Notes: generated by a model from the sequence alone, not told the origin. Positions 35,918-50,978 are shown, counted from the first letter of the stretch. The stretch: 64,000 nucleotides of DNA from Tubulanus polymorphus (GCF_964204645.1 NC_134029.1:19958950-20022949), one strand, 5' to 3'. Translations and numbers: made by a program.

Positions 35918-38900
35918 ATTTCATAGGTCAAGACGTTGGGGAACCGACCTTTCTAATGACATTTTTGAAATCGCCTGCCTAGAAGTCGTCAATATCAACC
36001 ATGTCTCGTAGACTTGTAAAAGAATTGACAATATGTCTCAAAAGTCCTGCTGAGAGAAGACATTCTTGCCAAAAGCGTCATCCATGAAAAAGCGGAATTT
36101 GCGTACATGAATGAAAGATGGCCAACATTTAGCAGACGCGGCAAGGCAGACGTGATTTCCGTCACTATAACGCACGTTTTGTAAAGATTTACCGACGTTC
36201 GTCAATTTCGATTCGTTTTGATTTCGATGTCATTTGATTTTTTGTGCGTAAGTGAAAATATTGTGGAAAATGTTTTTTTTTGTATCGATGAAGAGCAACA
36301 AGCCAGGGTCTGAAACGACTACCTCAAACTATTTGAATAATTGCTTTAATGGTCGCTATTACGCAACTACATAAAATCCATGTCATTTTTGTACCATTTT
36401 GTTTTCTAATCCAAACATTTTCCATTATAAAGACAGTTAATAGTCCCAAACAGGAGTAGAACCGCTTACACAGTGTAATTCAGTGTAAATACTTGACAGA
36501 AAGAAAGGAGTTTATTTTGATTGATTGATTTTGACATTTTTTGACATGTCGTTAACGTAGAGAGTAAAAACATTGAAAATGAATTGTGTATTATATCAAT
36601 GATTGACTGTTTTATAACTTCGTAACTAGTATATAACCGAACTGTTTTACGACATGCTATATCTTTTTATATCATTATATCACCGGGAAGAGCAGTTTCT
36701 ATTTGATTGCATAAGATCGGTTAGTGTCACAAAATCTGGAGGTTTCCTCATATTTTTCAATCAGTCCAAATGTTAGATCGTGTTATTTCATGCGTGGACA
36801 CTTTTTTGCGTATGTCCTCCTTAAAGCGCGCACAACAGTACGAGAAAATAGAATTCGATTCTTCTGATGATTTGATGAAGATTTCAATATTTAGATGTTA
36901 GGGTATGGAATTGTCCATTTAAACGATAGGGGGGGTGTGTTGGTGTTCTTAATTTCTACGTTTCTTTGAAAACATGTGTGCAGATGAAAAGAATGAGAGG
37001 GAATCCATGCCTTCGATGGTATAAATAAATGGATGACTACCAGCTGTCCGATAAGGTTGTACATGTATATGTATACGTCTATATAAATGTCTTAATTATG
37101 CAAGAGTTGAACTATACTTACATCGGGACCAACTGTTACTATGATGTTTCAACCACTAAGTTAACCGTATATATACATTGTTTATACTCTCGTTGAATCA
37201 CGAGATGGTGATATAAATTTTGAAATCTACGTTTTTCATATACAGTTGCATTGATAACCGGGGCGCGTTGAATATTTTACGCACGATGCTTTATTATGAT
37301 TTGAACCTGTTTTTTTTCTAAAGGACCGTTCATTCCGTATAAAGGCGTAACGCGTCATGGCGTCCTGGCAAATGTTTATCGAGTTATATGTAATTCATTA
37401 AAAAAAACATAGCTAACCTGTTCACAAAGGAGTAAAATATTCATACATGAACATAATTCGAATTGAATTTTAATCGCCGCGTGTCCAATGATTTGCACCT
37501 AGTTACACCTGTTTTTTATCGCAACCGAACGTCAGCGAAAAAATTCAGTAAGTAATAAAGTTGAATTACCTAATTGACATGTTTAAACGACACCTACAGC
37601 TTATGTTTCATGTCGGTCGGCGACCAGCAGATGCGTATCAATTTTCATCGGTTCGCACCTGTCGCGATGTATCTGTCTGTTACTGGAATCGAATTTATGA
37701 ACGATGCGATATTCGAGGCGATATTTGATTAAGCATTTCAATCAATCGATATTAGTTTGGTGCGTATTACATTTTTTTATCATAACCTGATGTCGGTTTT
37801 TTCATCAAGGCTACTGATTTTGATTGTTGAAATTTTACGAGTACTTGAAAAGAATCTTGTAATCTTTCCCCAATTATTGTAAATGTTGGATATTTTTGGT
37901 GTTGGGACAATAAGGCTAAAAAGATGCCTTGTTTCTTGTTACTTGTTTCTCGCTGCCTATCTACCCTGAACATGGATTTTGGTCTTATTTGACTACAAAA
38001 TAATTCTTCAAGAAAGATAAAATACAATATAAACTTCTAGAACTTTGAAGTCAAGAATTAAATAGATTTTTCAAGCAATACCCTTACTCAAAACAACCTC
38101 TAGCTTTCAAGGTACACCACACTTTGCCCATGGGCAATTTATTTTTTAATCATGATCAAGCTCACCCATAACAGACCAAGCAGTTATAAAAATGAACTGA
38201 TTACAAATTTTATTATATTTTGGCTCAGCCGTAGAAACGAGTTCTCATTTTCTTTCAGCCTAAGTCAAGTTTTCTTTAAACGATTACGATGACAAACTGG
38301 ATTGCCGAAAGGGAAAAGAAAAATTGATTCCGATTTCGGATAGTGCTAGAAGCGAGTCACAAACGTGCACAGTTTGCGTGCGCGTCTATCGATTTCGGCG
38401 ACTAACTCGCGAGTGTGTCGTCCTGCGGCGAATGCTCTTTTCAAAGTATGTTTACATAATGTCAAAAAATGAAATCGAAGCCTCAGGTATTCCACGTAGC
38501 ATTGTAAAAAATACGATTAATATCGCTTACTTTTTTTTTCACTCGCGGCAGGCAATCCGGTGCACTAAACGGTTATTTTTGCTTTCAAATTAGACGAAAT
38601 CAAGGTGAATTTAAAAGTTTATTTTCTACAAAAGCAACGTAGCGTGGAAACGTACGTATACGGTGTGCGCTTCGCGAGAGGTTTCGGTAAATTTGGCAAA
38701 CGACCGTTGAAAAGTCTCCAAAAGCCCTTCAGCGACGATGAAAACGGAGTTAAGTACTAGATTATCGATCGAATACCTTGACTTGGTGCACGCGTTGACA
38801 CCGGCGGCGAGATCCGCGACGTTTCTCGGTACATATACCGGAGATATATCGTCGATTATTCCGACATTGTTACTAACAAACGTCTCGCTTAATTCGGATG

Positions 38901-39757
38901 ACTAGGGACTGCGCCCAGATTTATTCGAATTTAGTAAAATTACGAATTAATAATAATAGTTTACATGGTTCAAGGTCAAATGGACTAAATATTTCATCTT
39001 TATTATAGAATAATCAAAATCGGGATTGAAAAATCCGAATTAAGCGAGTTATGCCCTACTACAAATTTCGGCTAATTCTTGATGATGATTTCCGCCCGAC
39101 GAAATGCAATCAGTTGAAATTATCTAAACTATGCGTCGAGCAACGACCTTTTTTGGAATCTGGCGACATCGTAACGGGACCCTGGCCTTTAATACCAATT
39201 GACGGAATATCTTGCTTATTCTATTAATGAGATTGTAGTATTATATGTTTGTTAACAATCATTATCGTACATTGCGCACACAACACACGCGCGCGTGCTA
39301 ATTCCTGGTCATCAAAATAATGCGGTGTAATTTGAAATTCGGATATTACTTTGTATGTAAAATGTAAATAACTATTTAAGCGTGACTAATGATTGTTTCA
39401 GAATTTTTTAATCAAGATCGAGACATAAATTGTGGATTTAACACAATTCAGTTTCCGGTGGCATTTACGCACAATATGTATAGATAACAAAATTAACGGG
39501 ACAAGTTTGAGAATTCGTTTCATGATTATGCAGACTTTTAGTTTCTTCCAAGGAAAATAATACGGGCGCTGTACCTCCCGACCTGAAATCGGAGAGAAGA
39601 TCAGTCCTTGCTTTTTTAGATGACGCACAATGTCAATATAGCACATACCAGAATGTACCATTGGTAACTCGGCCGTAAATAATGAGAAATTTAACTGATG
39701 AAACACTGTTTTATAGACAGGCATTAGATTTTAACCTGAAATGTTAGACTAACCGTA

Positions 39758-39958
39758 GCTGCAATCACAAGGGTGTCGTCGACCTGGGGCAACTGTTCAG
39801 TTGGTGCCAATTGTTCTGTGCCTGTTTGATGGGCCAAATTCGGTCCAACCAAAAACGTACCATAAGGGGGACCAGGTGAATGCGTTCTCTTGGTAGGCAA
39901 TGGCCAAATATGACTCAGGCCAGTTTGACCAGGGCCACAACGTCTGTGTGATTGCGGC
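39758..39958. mobile_element. PIF/Harbinger-like MITE, short degenerate copy
   Basis: GCTGCAATCACA ... TGTGATTGCGGC; internal GAATGCGTTCTCT and GGCCAAAT shared with the family. Confidence 0.55.
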
Positions 39959-40898
39959 TTTATTATAATGAATGAGATCCTTTTACAAATCGGGTTTTAA
40001 TTACAGTTTGTCTAAGTTTCAATTTCGATACTGTAGCACAAAACTTGCTATAAGCTGCTTCCAAATATTATCGCACAATTGTTATTTTGATATGATATCG
40101 CGATGGCCTGTTCTTTGTCGATGAACCTTCGAAATGTTTTGCCCGAAATTGCGGGACCTACCATGCACAAATAACATAGGTGGTTTGATTGGGCGCACAA
40201 AATTTATTTGCCCAGCATATGAAATGCGAATGAGTTAGAAAAAAAGCTCATTTACCTCGTTGATCAAAGATCCGAATTACTTACCAGTGCTTTAGTTTAG
40301 CTAGGTTAGTTTTGAATTCAATTTTTGAATAGTAGACGCTTCTTGACTTTTTTGACTAGGAAATAATTTGTGAAAAAGATGAAATGCAATATAGAATTTC
40401 CTCAATAGCACTTTGAACAATACAAACTCTTAAGCGGATCAATGCCCATTAAGACTGTTTTCAAGGTTAACCACTCTGCCCGTGGGCAATTTATTTCTTG
40501 ATCGAGGCAAGTCAGTACGCTGGAAATAATCTTTTCAGCTTATCATCGAATGTTACTAATGAATATGCAGTTGATAAATTGTCAAATGTAAATTTGTACA
40601 TTTCTCTAATATATATTTTATATATTTATGCTGTATATAGTATGTAATTGTATGATTTAATCTTCAAGTCATTCGTGCATTTTCTATTATTCGTAATGAT
40701 ATGTTTGTATAGCGTGTGTGTATATTTACTAAAAAATTTTTTGTAGTATTACTATTATTGATATTTCGATGAATTGTGTCATTTTAACTTCTAAAGTTTA
40801 GATAAGTTACTCAATGGTGCGTGACAAATTTTGACTTGATTTATTTATTTCGTTTGATTTGACAGGGCATTTTTGACGAATTCTGCTTTAATCATAAG

Positions 40899-40982
40899 CT
40901 GATGCTCAGAATGTTCTGGTTTATATACGGGGGGGGGGGGGGAACTGATGCTCAGAATGTTCTGGTTTATATACAGGGGGGG
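40899..40982. repeat. Direct duplication ending in poly-G
   Basis: CTGATGCTCAGAATGTTCTGGTTTATATAC + G-run occurs twice in tandem. Confidence 0.85.
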
Positions 40983-43900
40983 ATGTCTATTGTCATGGTC
41001 ATCCTACGGTTCAAATCTGTTTGTAAAAAAAAATCTAACTTGTTTAAAATTAACCATGGAAGCAGTCAGCGACGGTTGTGGTTACATCATTTGACGACGA
41101 AGTCAGACTTTATTTTCAATTACCTGTAATCGATGGTTAACCACAACTGTTGAACTGGTTGGCCGCATCGGCTTCGCGTTCGGTGTCACCACAAACTTCG
41201 AGCAGATGACATTGACAGTTAAAAAAACCTTTGTATCATCCGTAGATCACATATTTGCTATATAATAAGCGATGATAGATCACATAACGGTACTCGGTTT
41301 ACCCGTACTTGCCTGGGAATGATAAAAATATGAATGAAATTTATACCGAATGTTGTTTACATTGCTGCGGAAGACATGTTCCCAGAACTAGCTGTCGGCT
41401 ATACTCAACTAACTATAAGAATTTTCATGCCGCATTTTTACAATTGGTTTTTTGCTTTGATAAAGTGATCTACGGGGAAAAAAGCTCTTTTTGGTGCGTG
41501 TTACGTGTGACATTTCATCTGGAAATAAAATGAATTCTTCGTGAAAAATGATTTTGTAAATGATCTGCTACAGGGTATTGTGATCTCCTCTCTTCCGAAC
41601 GTTTGTTATTCGATGTGCATTTTACGTGAATCGTCGGTGAAGTCAAGTTTCTCTGCGTCATCGATAGAAAATACAATGGCTCCAGTTACCACGAACTGTC
41701 GCTGCTAGTTTGCCTTAGCGGGTGCTGCTGATCAAAGTTTCTGGGTGCTTCCCTCAATATCCGAAGGATATTTTCAAAGAGTCTTATACGGGGTGGCCAC
41801 TTGCCCGGAAATCAGGGAATTTTCTCTAAAAAGAAGTCAAGGAATAGTCGGGGAATTTGTAAAAAAAAGCTAAATATCAGGGAAAAGCCGCCGGGGAAAT
41901 TTGTTGAGATTGCTAGATAACGCGTAAAATCAGGGAGTTTGGAGCCTCCCTGGTAAAATCAAACAGTTTCTCTGTGTTAATTGATTGAATTCTTAGCAAA
42001 TCAGTCAGGGAAAACAAAAAGTAAATCGGGGAACAGTCGGGGGGAAAAAGCTTTTTTGATAACTTTGATGATTGAAAATAAAATTCATATTTTCTATATT
42101 TATTCAAAAATCAGATCTTTCGTCAAAGTTATCAAAAAAGGCCCAACCTCTTCCGCAGTTCATTAAATCCAGTTTAAATCGATCTTTTTCATTGGTTAAT
42201 TATTTTCTGAAAAATTTCATCGGAGTTCTATTTCATTATCGAGAGACTTGACATCATTAAACGGGAGAGCATAGTACGTACGGCACAGCATGGCGTGGGG
42301 ATCACGCGTGATGACATATATAGGAAATTCAAGGATTTGTATATACAGCTGAACGAAGGAATCTCTGTGAATATGCCTCATCGTCCAACCATCCGGTTAG
42401 ACACAGCCCTAGTCCGAAAAGTCAACCAAAGTTTGAAATCAATAATACAAAGCGCTTTTTTTCAGCCACGCCTTTCATTCACACCGGTTAGAGGATAGTT
42501 ATGCAATGAACAACCAATTACGTCTCGACTGGTTCTTTAGCCTCGGTGGCACGGTGGCACGGTTATAGCGAACAAAAGCAAAATCAACTTTTTAAAAAGT
42601 TTCCCGCGTAATATGAATCATTGAGTTTGTATGTGTCATGTTATGACTGGTGACGATTTTTATCGAATTCGAGAAGATGATGGACAATTTGTAATGAAAT
42701 CGCAAACAAATTTACTCCTTATTAACATATATTGTATTCGAGCTTTATGCGTTTCATAAAAAAGGAATTATATGATATAGAATATCGAAAAATGAAGATT
42801 GAAATTGGCATGAATCACTATAAGCTAAAATACTCGAACTCATTGACAATGGTCGTATAGTATAGCAATAAAACAACAACAAACCTCTGTACTGCCATCT
42901 AGTGTTTCATTTGAGAATCGTATTCATTCATGAATCGGACTCGAGTTAGGTACATAAAACCCTGAAACGAATCCTCTGCATTTCTATTGTGTTTTCTGGT
43001 GCGTATTGATCTCACTTTCACTGGAAGGAAAACTAGTTCAACACCGGCAGCCATGAGTTCATGCACTTTTTACCACTTCCAGGAATAAAGGTGCATTAAT
43101 GACTTGTTTTTTGTGAACTCTAACTTTCTCTTGATTTCGAATTACTTCAACATTTGAAAACATTTTTCGTAAGATATAAGGTAATGAATTCGAAATACTG
43201 GTATTAATTCAGTATCTAATGCGATAAATGCGGAAATATGAATTATAGTCCACCTGCTTTTCACCCACAATCGAAATAAAGCTAATATTTTCATTAATTT
43301 TCATGATGAATGCATTAGAAATTTCTAGGAAAAGTATAAGTAGGACCATAACATTATGATAAAAAGGTTCTACTAGGAACGTTTTACAATGAATAGTTCT
43401 ACATTGATATTCAGTGTTGTAGTGAGCAGTTTTGTTCCCGTTTCCGTACATTTACTGATGTCAGATCGTCTGAAGATGTCTCATGATTTCCGAGAATTTT
43501 TTCCGTTGATAAGTGAAAGGGTTAATCTGATGGGAATTTCAGACGATAAAGACTAATCTGATTTCTTTTGAGTTGTAAATTCTCGATCTAGTTCAAAGAA
43601 ATACTCGGGTATAACGTAGTATTCTGCGCACGGTTTTATAGACAAGACTTAAAAATGATAATATCAGGCTATAGATGCCATTATTTTTTTATTTTTTTGT
43701 AAGAAATGTAAGGACTGCATTTCCCTTTACTGATTAAGCGAGAAATTAAATCTAGTTAACTCTAACACATGTTTGACAAGTTCATGTTATGTACATGATG
43801 TCTCGAGCATCTTAAATGTTGTTTTGAATGTTGTATTTGAATGGGCGTAATCCAGGCCAGAATTGCAACAAGAAATGTTTATATACAATAGAACAATGCC

Positions 43901-46900
43901 CAGATCAATAACATTTTACATGGTTCTACTCTAGGTTAAATGGAGCAAACATTTCATCCAAATTAAATGAAAAATCCGAATTAAGCAGTTCAACTGTACA
44001 TGTACATGGACCACTGATATGTTGACCACTTGTGCAGACGACTTATATTCAGTTAAAAATACCATTTGTGAGACTAAAAAATAGAGACAACTTAAGTAAT
44101 GTCACGACTTATCCCAGTTTGACAAGGCACACGTTAACCATGACATGACAATCCATGTACTGCTCACTGCTCACTCACTCCAACAACTCACAATGACATT
44201 ATTTTGAGATCTTTCCTGGAAATCCTAATGTAGTTGAATCACGGATCGGTTATTAATTTCTAGGAAAACGAATGTAAACAAATCTCTTTCTCTCTGCGGA
44301 TAAAAGTACGGCAGCCCTCACTGTCGAAGCTGACAATACATCGTATTGTAAAGTACATCGCTGTTGAAGTTCAGGTTTTACATGTCATAAATTACAATTT
44401 ACATCTCGTAGATTTCTGTCTCTAAAAATGTTTTATGATTAAAAATCTGCTTAATTAATGTGATTGATTAATCACTTATAGATTTTGAATGATCATGACA
44501 TGGAGAAACCAAAATGAATAAAAAACCAGAAATTATGTTAGTAACAGTAAACCTCGCCCAACTCAGACACGGCCAACTAGGACTTCCGACTAACTCAGAC
44601 AAAAATCATTTTTGTGACTTGCTTATGTAATTTCCTATCCTTGACATGGACTTTCGCTTACCCTGGACCAATTTTGTCAATCCCAAGTTACTGCGAGTTA
44701 AGCTTTACGATTTATACAACGGAAGAATTCTTGAAGATTACATTAATTGACCATCTCATAAGAAGTTTAACAGTTGTGTCAGTGTGTCAACGAGTTTACG
44801 TCCTCTGAAGGTCATATTCATCACTGGTCATCCTTGTCTGATAAACAAAAGCACTTAAATGACCCGGCGATTTATCGTCGTACAGCCGCTACGGGCGTAT
44901 TTATACCTTATCGCAATCAGCGATCTCTCGACCCTGACGACGATGAAATTATGTAGATACGTGTGCCCGTTATGACTTTCTAAGTCCCCGGAAGGTCTCT
45001 ACGCGTCGAGGAAACTCGTGTACAAAGAATATCAGCAGATATAATCAGCGCCCGTGAAAGAATTTTTCGCTACGAGTGTTCTTATCGTCGGAGATGGTAT
45101 TCAGCCGACCGCACACGAGGTTCGTTTGATGTCCTATTGTCCGTGTAAGTATGAGTAACAAATATCGGAATTACCCCCCCCCTCAGAGCAGCGAGATGTA
45201 TAGATAAATAAATGAGATCTCGTCCTATTTTTAGATAGTAGAAAATCGAGAGGGAAAACTCTACTGAGCTGAGTTAAAACTGTCAGTAATATTGAAATAT
45301 TATTTTTCAAATCTCAACCAAAATGTCTATAAGTTGCAGCAATCAACCTCGTTTTAATAGATCATCACTTGCTTCCTTATCTTATCTTAGCTTATTTTAA
45401 AACTATTTTTGCTGCTTGTGGGTTCAGTTCTAAATGGCTTTTATTTTCTCTTGTGATGTAAAGCGCAGAGATTTTTTCTTTTTTTCGAATAGATTATCAT
45501 TATTATCACCAATAGCAAACCATGTCCTGTAGGAAAGATGTTGGCATTTATAGATGTCTTATGATTCTATATAGCTTAACATGCCCGATTTTTCGTGAAA
45601 ATATCCTGCCCGATTTTCATTAAAAAATTCACCGGCTTTAAGATGAGAAACATCTGTGACGAACATTTGAAATAGTTCGCGTATTTTTTGATTCAACTAA
45701 AAATCAAATTCATTTCAATATTTCGGGATTGAATATTAACGAACAATATGTCATCGGACTACCGCTGTGATGGAATAAATAGTAATCCGCCTTTTTTTTA
45801 CAAAACGCGCCTCAAAAAACGTTGAGGAAATTTGCAACCATCTGCGTCAATAAACAGATTTTACTATTTAATTAAAAATATCAAACAAAACATGTGCATA
45901 ATTATATTTCTGATGACATAAAATCCGAACGTTTTGTAATTGGAGAATAAACTCGGAGCAGAATTCGTAAAAATAACGCGCGAGCATATGTATCAAATTG
46001 TTTAATTCAATTTTTGTACGTCGCTGAAACTAGAGGTCATTCCGTGCATTGTGACTGACTGACTGTTCGTGGTTATCATGCAAGGCGCATCAACATGAAA
46101 ATATTCATCAGCGCATCGCATGGATCTGCATGTCCCGAGTTCTAATTTTCCCCCGCGAAACAAATCGTTTATGATTTCTTAATAATTCGAAAGCGCTCGA
46201 AGAGAAGCCAAGAGATCGTTTTACGACGGTTCGTCGTCGGCGAGAATAAAACATATCGGGCTGCGGCGGCGCGCGATGAAATCTGTTTACTTATTGCGCG
46301 AATTAATGAAGATTTATTCGGCGGTAATGGACGACGAACGTTATATCAGCGAAACTCCGCACTTCATAAAACCGCTTTCTTATCTGGTAATAATGAGTTT
46401 CAGGTAGCCGAGCCGGTATTGTTTATTGTACTCACTTCGCGCGGTGCGTTGTATTCGAAAGCGAATGTTTTTAACGCGCGGTGAAACTTCCATCATTCGG
46501 CAATAAAGCGTCGTTTTTAATCGCTTTCATTAAACTGTTTTGAGTTCATTCGGAGACATTTCAGATCTCCCGCCGGGATAGAAGTAACGGGCCAAAGGTA
46601 TTCGAGTGTACCCTACCGGCAAATGAAAAATATCTTCATATAAGAAAATGAATCTAACAGGTTGTTACTCAGGGACCGATCCAGGAATTTTGTTGAGGGT
46701 TCATGTATATTCAAATGTCTGAAAATGTTTAGAATTTTGCTTTCTGAGATGCATTGTAAGGTTGATGTGGCTATAATTAGCTGAAGTTTCTACCATGGGA
46801 CCCTTGGCTTGTACAATAAGCACATTTTTTCACCCTCTCACCCAAGAAAGGAAGATCCACATTTTTTCTGTAGGACTTTAGAAGGGTTCACCGGCAACTA

Positions 46901-48173
46901 GTTAAAAACCCCTGGATCAGGAAGTTCTTAAACGAATCCGAAATGATTTAATGTCAACAAATGACCGATAAGCCGTCTTAATATATTTACGACAAGTCAA
47001 TAAGTTAGCATGTATGCGATATATTTATGGTACTAAAATGTCATGACGCAGGAAAACATGATCTCATCAAGAAACTAATAATAACAGAATCCAATAACTA
47101 TGTATCCAAGCGATTAATTAGTTCGGAGATACGCCGGAAAATAGCTTTTTATTACAGAATTACGCTTCACAAAGGACTTCAGACGATGCTTCGATAAAGC
47201 GAAAGGTCCAGGTACGTTCGGGGCATCCGTTGGAAATTGGATATCTCGCGTGCGAGATCGGTAATCGCGCGAAAAAATGCGATTAAAAACATCTAAACAA
47301 CATCACAAACCAGTTTTGTGATTAGAAAATACAGAATCAATAGGTTGTCAAGGTTTATCTTTATGGCCAGTGGCGATTACGTAGCTGCGCTACAGCACTA
47401 GCGCAATGAGCTTACCGAAGCCAGACACTACTGCACTGATTAACCTCAGAACGAAATGAAAGTGCGCGCCAATAAGTGACATGAACAATGCAACGCCGAA
47501 GCCATAACGCAACATGTTTCATCGCCGCGCGCGCTTAAGGAATTCGTAAATCGAAGGACCGAGTAATTATCGGTTTATATTACTAAAACCGGGGTTCTAA
47601 GCGCGTAGGTCTACCAGATGTCATCTAGTAGTCAATGGTTTTTAGTTTGATTACACGGAGAATCCTCAATTAGACGCATGAAATACTTTGATTAGAAGAG
47701 ACCGAGCATCTAATCGTAAAACTTACCACCGTAATGACTCCACAATCGTATGGTACACTAAACAGCATATTATTGCCCAGTGAAAAATTTGATACAATGC
47801 AATTTTAATGCCAAAGTTTCGAGCGTTGTCTACAGTAAATTTTGTAATTAATTACATTATCCTTTTATGTTGTAAAAATGAATATGTATGCAGAGAATTT
47901 TCGTTTCAACAATAACCCATTTAAGCTGAACTCATTACAATTCGAGGCCAGTTTAAACTTTATCCATTAACCTGAACTTAGTTGACTTAGTTTTAACTAA
48001 GTACATTATATATCGGTAAACAGTTTTTAATCATACCTACAGATGGCAACACATATCAGGGCAAGGTCAAACTAGCTGAGTTTTATCTAATCATGAATTT
48101 TATTATATTTCGAATAATAATTTTCACATAAATGCAATATTCATTAAAAAAAAACTTAATATCCAATTCTATG

Positions 48174-50978
48174 CTACGTATCTACGTCCATTTTGCTTAC
48201 GTGCTGTTGGCGTTTGTAAAGGGCCACACTCCTCTGAAATCGGACAAAAACAGAACACTTTTTCAGCGATATTGCTTTTTCCACTAAGCGAGAAAATCAC
48301 AATAAAAAGCAATGGACCTGGGGAGAAATTTCATCTACCGGTATTCCTAATATCAAAATATCCTGTCTGTCACACCTACTCTCCGTGCGACTTTCGGGCC
48401 TTAATTTCGTTAATACTCGATTGATCTGTGAATTCTTTCTATCAATTTGTCCAGTAAGGAATTTGCATTCAGTAGGTAAAATAAATCGTTCCCCTGTTTC
48501 GTTCCCGGACGGAGTGCTGGGTTGGTAAGGGACATCACATAAGTATAAATCAACTCGATTTAATCGCTAACTCAGAGGGAAATCATCCCTACTTCAAGAT
48601 AAAGATCCTGATTATTTTCCCCCCATTCAAAACGGGGCAAGGACATTTCAGGGCTGATTCATCATTAACATAGAGGTACCCCCGGGTATTGAGAAGTATC
48701 TCACCTCAAATACTGTTAGTACATGTTCGCATACAGCCCCGAGATCGGTTAATCCTTGTTTGAGAGCTTCAACAGCTGGAACTTCTATAACATACAATGA
48801 AATACAAAACTACTCTCAAATAGTAGATGTAGCCAGAGGAAACGCAAAGCTACACCCGTCAATCAATACAGGGCGGAGGGGCCTACCTTTTGTTTGAATT
48901 CTGAAGTTTATTTTACTCTCGGAGGGATGAGGTACGCTATATCCACAAAACTCAACCTCGGGACTGAAAAGAATCAAATGACAATAATTACAAAATGGAT
49001 CGTCGTTAGAACGCTGTGGAATCATGTACCGGTTTACGGTTGAACCAGTTTAAAGCGTTTAATCTTGAAAACTGAAATGAATTTATACTCACTTTTTCAT
49101 AGTTATATAACGTAACGAATTTCCTAATGTGTGATCTTCATTATGCAAAATGAACGTACGGCAAGTTTCATCTTCCGGGATCTCGCTTTCAACCTGTAAT
49201 AGATCAATTAACGCATTATTCTTACGATGTCCAGAGTTCAGGCGTGAGAATAGTTAGGATAAACCACAGGGATGATGGACTAGTACAAGTCTACCTGGCC
49301 TATGGAGTGGATCGGCCCTCCTCTGCCCCCGGCGAGTCTGCACCAAAGGCCTATCGTATCACTATCGTAGTAGTTTTTGCGACTCAGTGAGAACCACAGG
49401 GACTTGTCACAATTGATAGTGAATGAATAAAACCAATATCAATGACCAGGTCCACTATCCCTGTATAATATAAAAAACAAGGGTGGCAACAAATTTTCAA
49501 TCTGACAATGACTTCTCCACTTCAATCGACTGTAATTCCAAAAATTCTCAACCGATTCACATGAAATAAGCTTTAATACAACCTAGAAGACTTTCTGCTT
49601 CCAACGAGCCTTTAACCACCACTCTAGGACAATTATCTCACAACGAAATCACCGTTTTTTGACGAGAGATAGCTCAAATTGGAGGTGTACCGATTCTATG
49701 GTGGACAGCAAAATGGTCGTATTTTTCACTTCAAACGATGATTTCTATGTGAAATCTTAGAGATAACCCCAACAAACCATACATTTTTTAAATTTACGCG
49801 GTCATACCTGTACGCTTATCTCATTTATTTGTATAATCCACGCGATGGGTGAGCTCGCAAGCTCAAAATCGAACAAATATACGAAAAAGTCACCTCGCAC
49901 TATCGCGCTGGCGGCCATTAATCACGTGACGTGCAGGTTCGGGCTATGTTAATAAAACCGCGACAAGTCTACGTCTGTAGACTTGAAAAAAGGAAATGTT
50001 TGCTAATAATACCACCCCTCAGACGAATGTTGCACTATATTTTCATAATACGGATATTTTATTAATTAACAGAACTTTTGATAAATTTTGTAATGTTTTT
50101 CGAAATCTCTAAGCCAATCAATGCGCGTGAAATATTTAGCCCGTTACTACGATATCACGTGATTAATGGCCGCCCAGTTGATGACAAGTTGAACGCCGTG
50201 TTCGTCCTCATTTTCGATTTTGAGCTTGTGAGCTCACCCATCGCGTGGATTATACAAATAAATGAGATAAGCGTACAGGTATGACCGCGTAGTTTTAAAA
50301 AATGTATGGTTTGTTGGGGTTTTCTCTAAGATTTCACATAGAAATCATCTTTTGAATTGAAAAAAACGACCATTTTGCTGTCCACCATAGAATCGGTACA
50401 CCTCCATTTTGAGCTATCTCTCGTCAAAAAAAGGTGATTTCGTTGTGAGATAATTGTCGGAGAGTGGTGGTTGTAGGCTCGTTCGAAGCAGAAAGTCTTC
50501 TAGGTTGTATTAAAGCTTATTTCATGTGAATCGGTTGAGAATTTTTGGAATTACAGTCGATTGAAGTGGATAAGTCATTGTCAGATTGAAAATTTGTTGC
50601 CACCCTTGTTATTTTATTATACAGTTGCAGGGATACTGGTACCCCCATCATTGGTCTCATCCATTATCAGTCGTGACAAGTCCCTGTGGTGAGAACAAAG
50701 CTATAATTTTGTATTCAATATGGAAATAAGCACAATAATGAACAAATCCCAAATCAAATAATCTAACTCATAATACAGATATCGGAACTGGATCTTGGGC
50801 CTGGTAGTAATATCAATATAGTTCATTTGGATTCGACTTTACTCGAACGCTTCCATCGTTTCTTGACTTACGAAATGTGTACCGATACAAACAATGTCAA
50901 TGCAAACTTTACAGACAGGATGATTGAAATTCATTTATTTACCACTTCTAACAGGGTCTTTTTCTTTTCTTGCGTCAT
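48174..50978 (-). CDS. POLR1D: RNA polymerases I and III subunit RPAC2 (AC19), 5 exons, 117 aa
   Basis: Exons 50978-50943, 49193-49093, 48963-48887, 48784-48705, 48233-48174 (354 nt). [98 protein letters not shown]...; EDHTLGN and FCGYSVPHP are AC19 hallmarks. Confidence 0.93.
49395..50688. mobile_element. Non-autonomous DNA element with 16-bp TIR and 8-bp TSD enclosing a ~400-450 bp-arm foldback (49478-50608)
   Basis: TIR CACAGGGACTTGTCAC / GTGACAAGTCCCTGTG; exact TSD GTGAGAAC at 49387-49394 and 50689-50696. CANRG start plus 8-bp TSD suggests P superfamily (hAT not excluded). Shorter relative at ~62830-63207. Confidence 0.85.

Noticed and set aside
45911-45936. CTGATGA...GAACGTT hammerhead-like string
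   Set aside because: No stem II pairing and GAAA incomplete.
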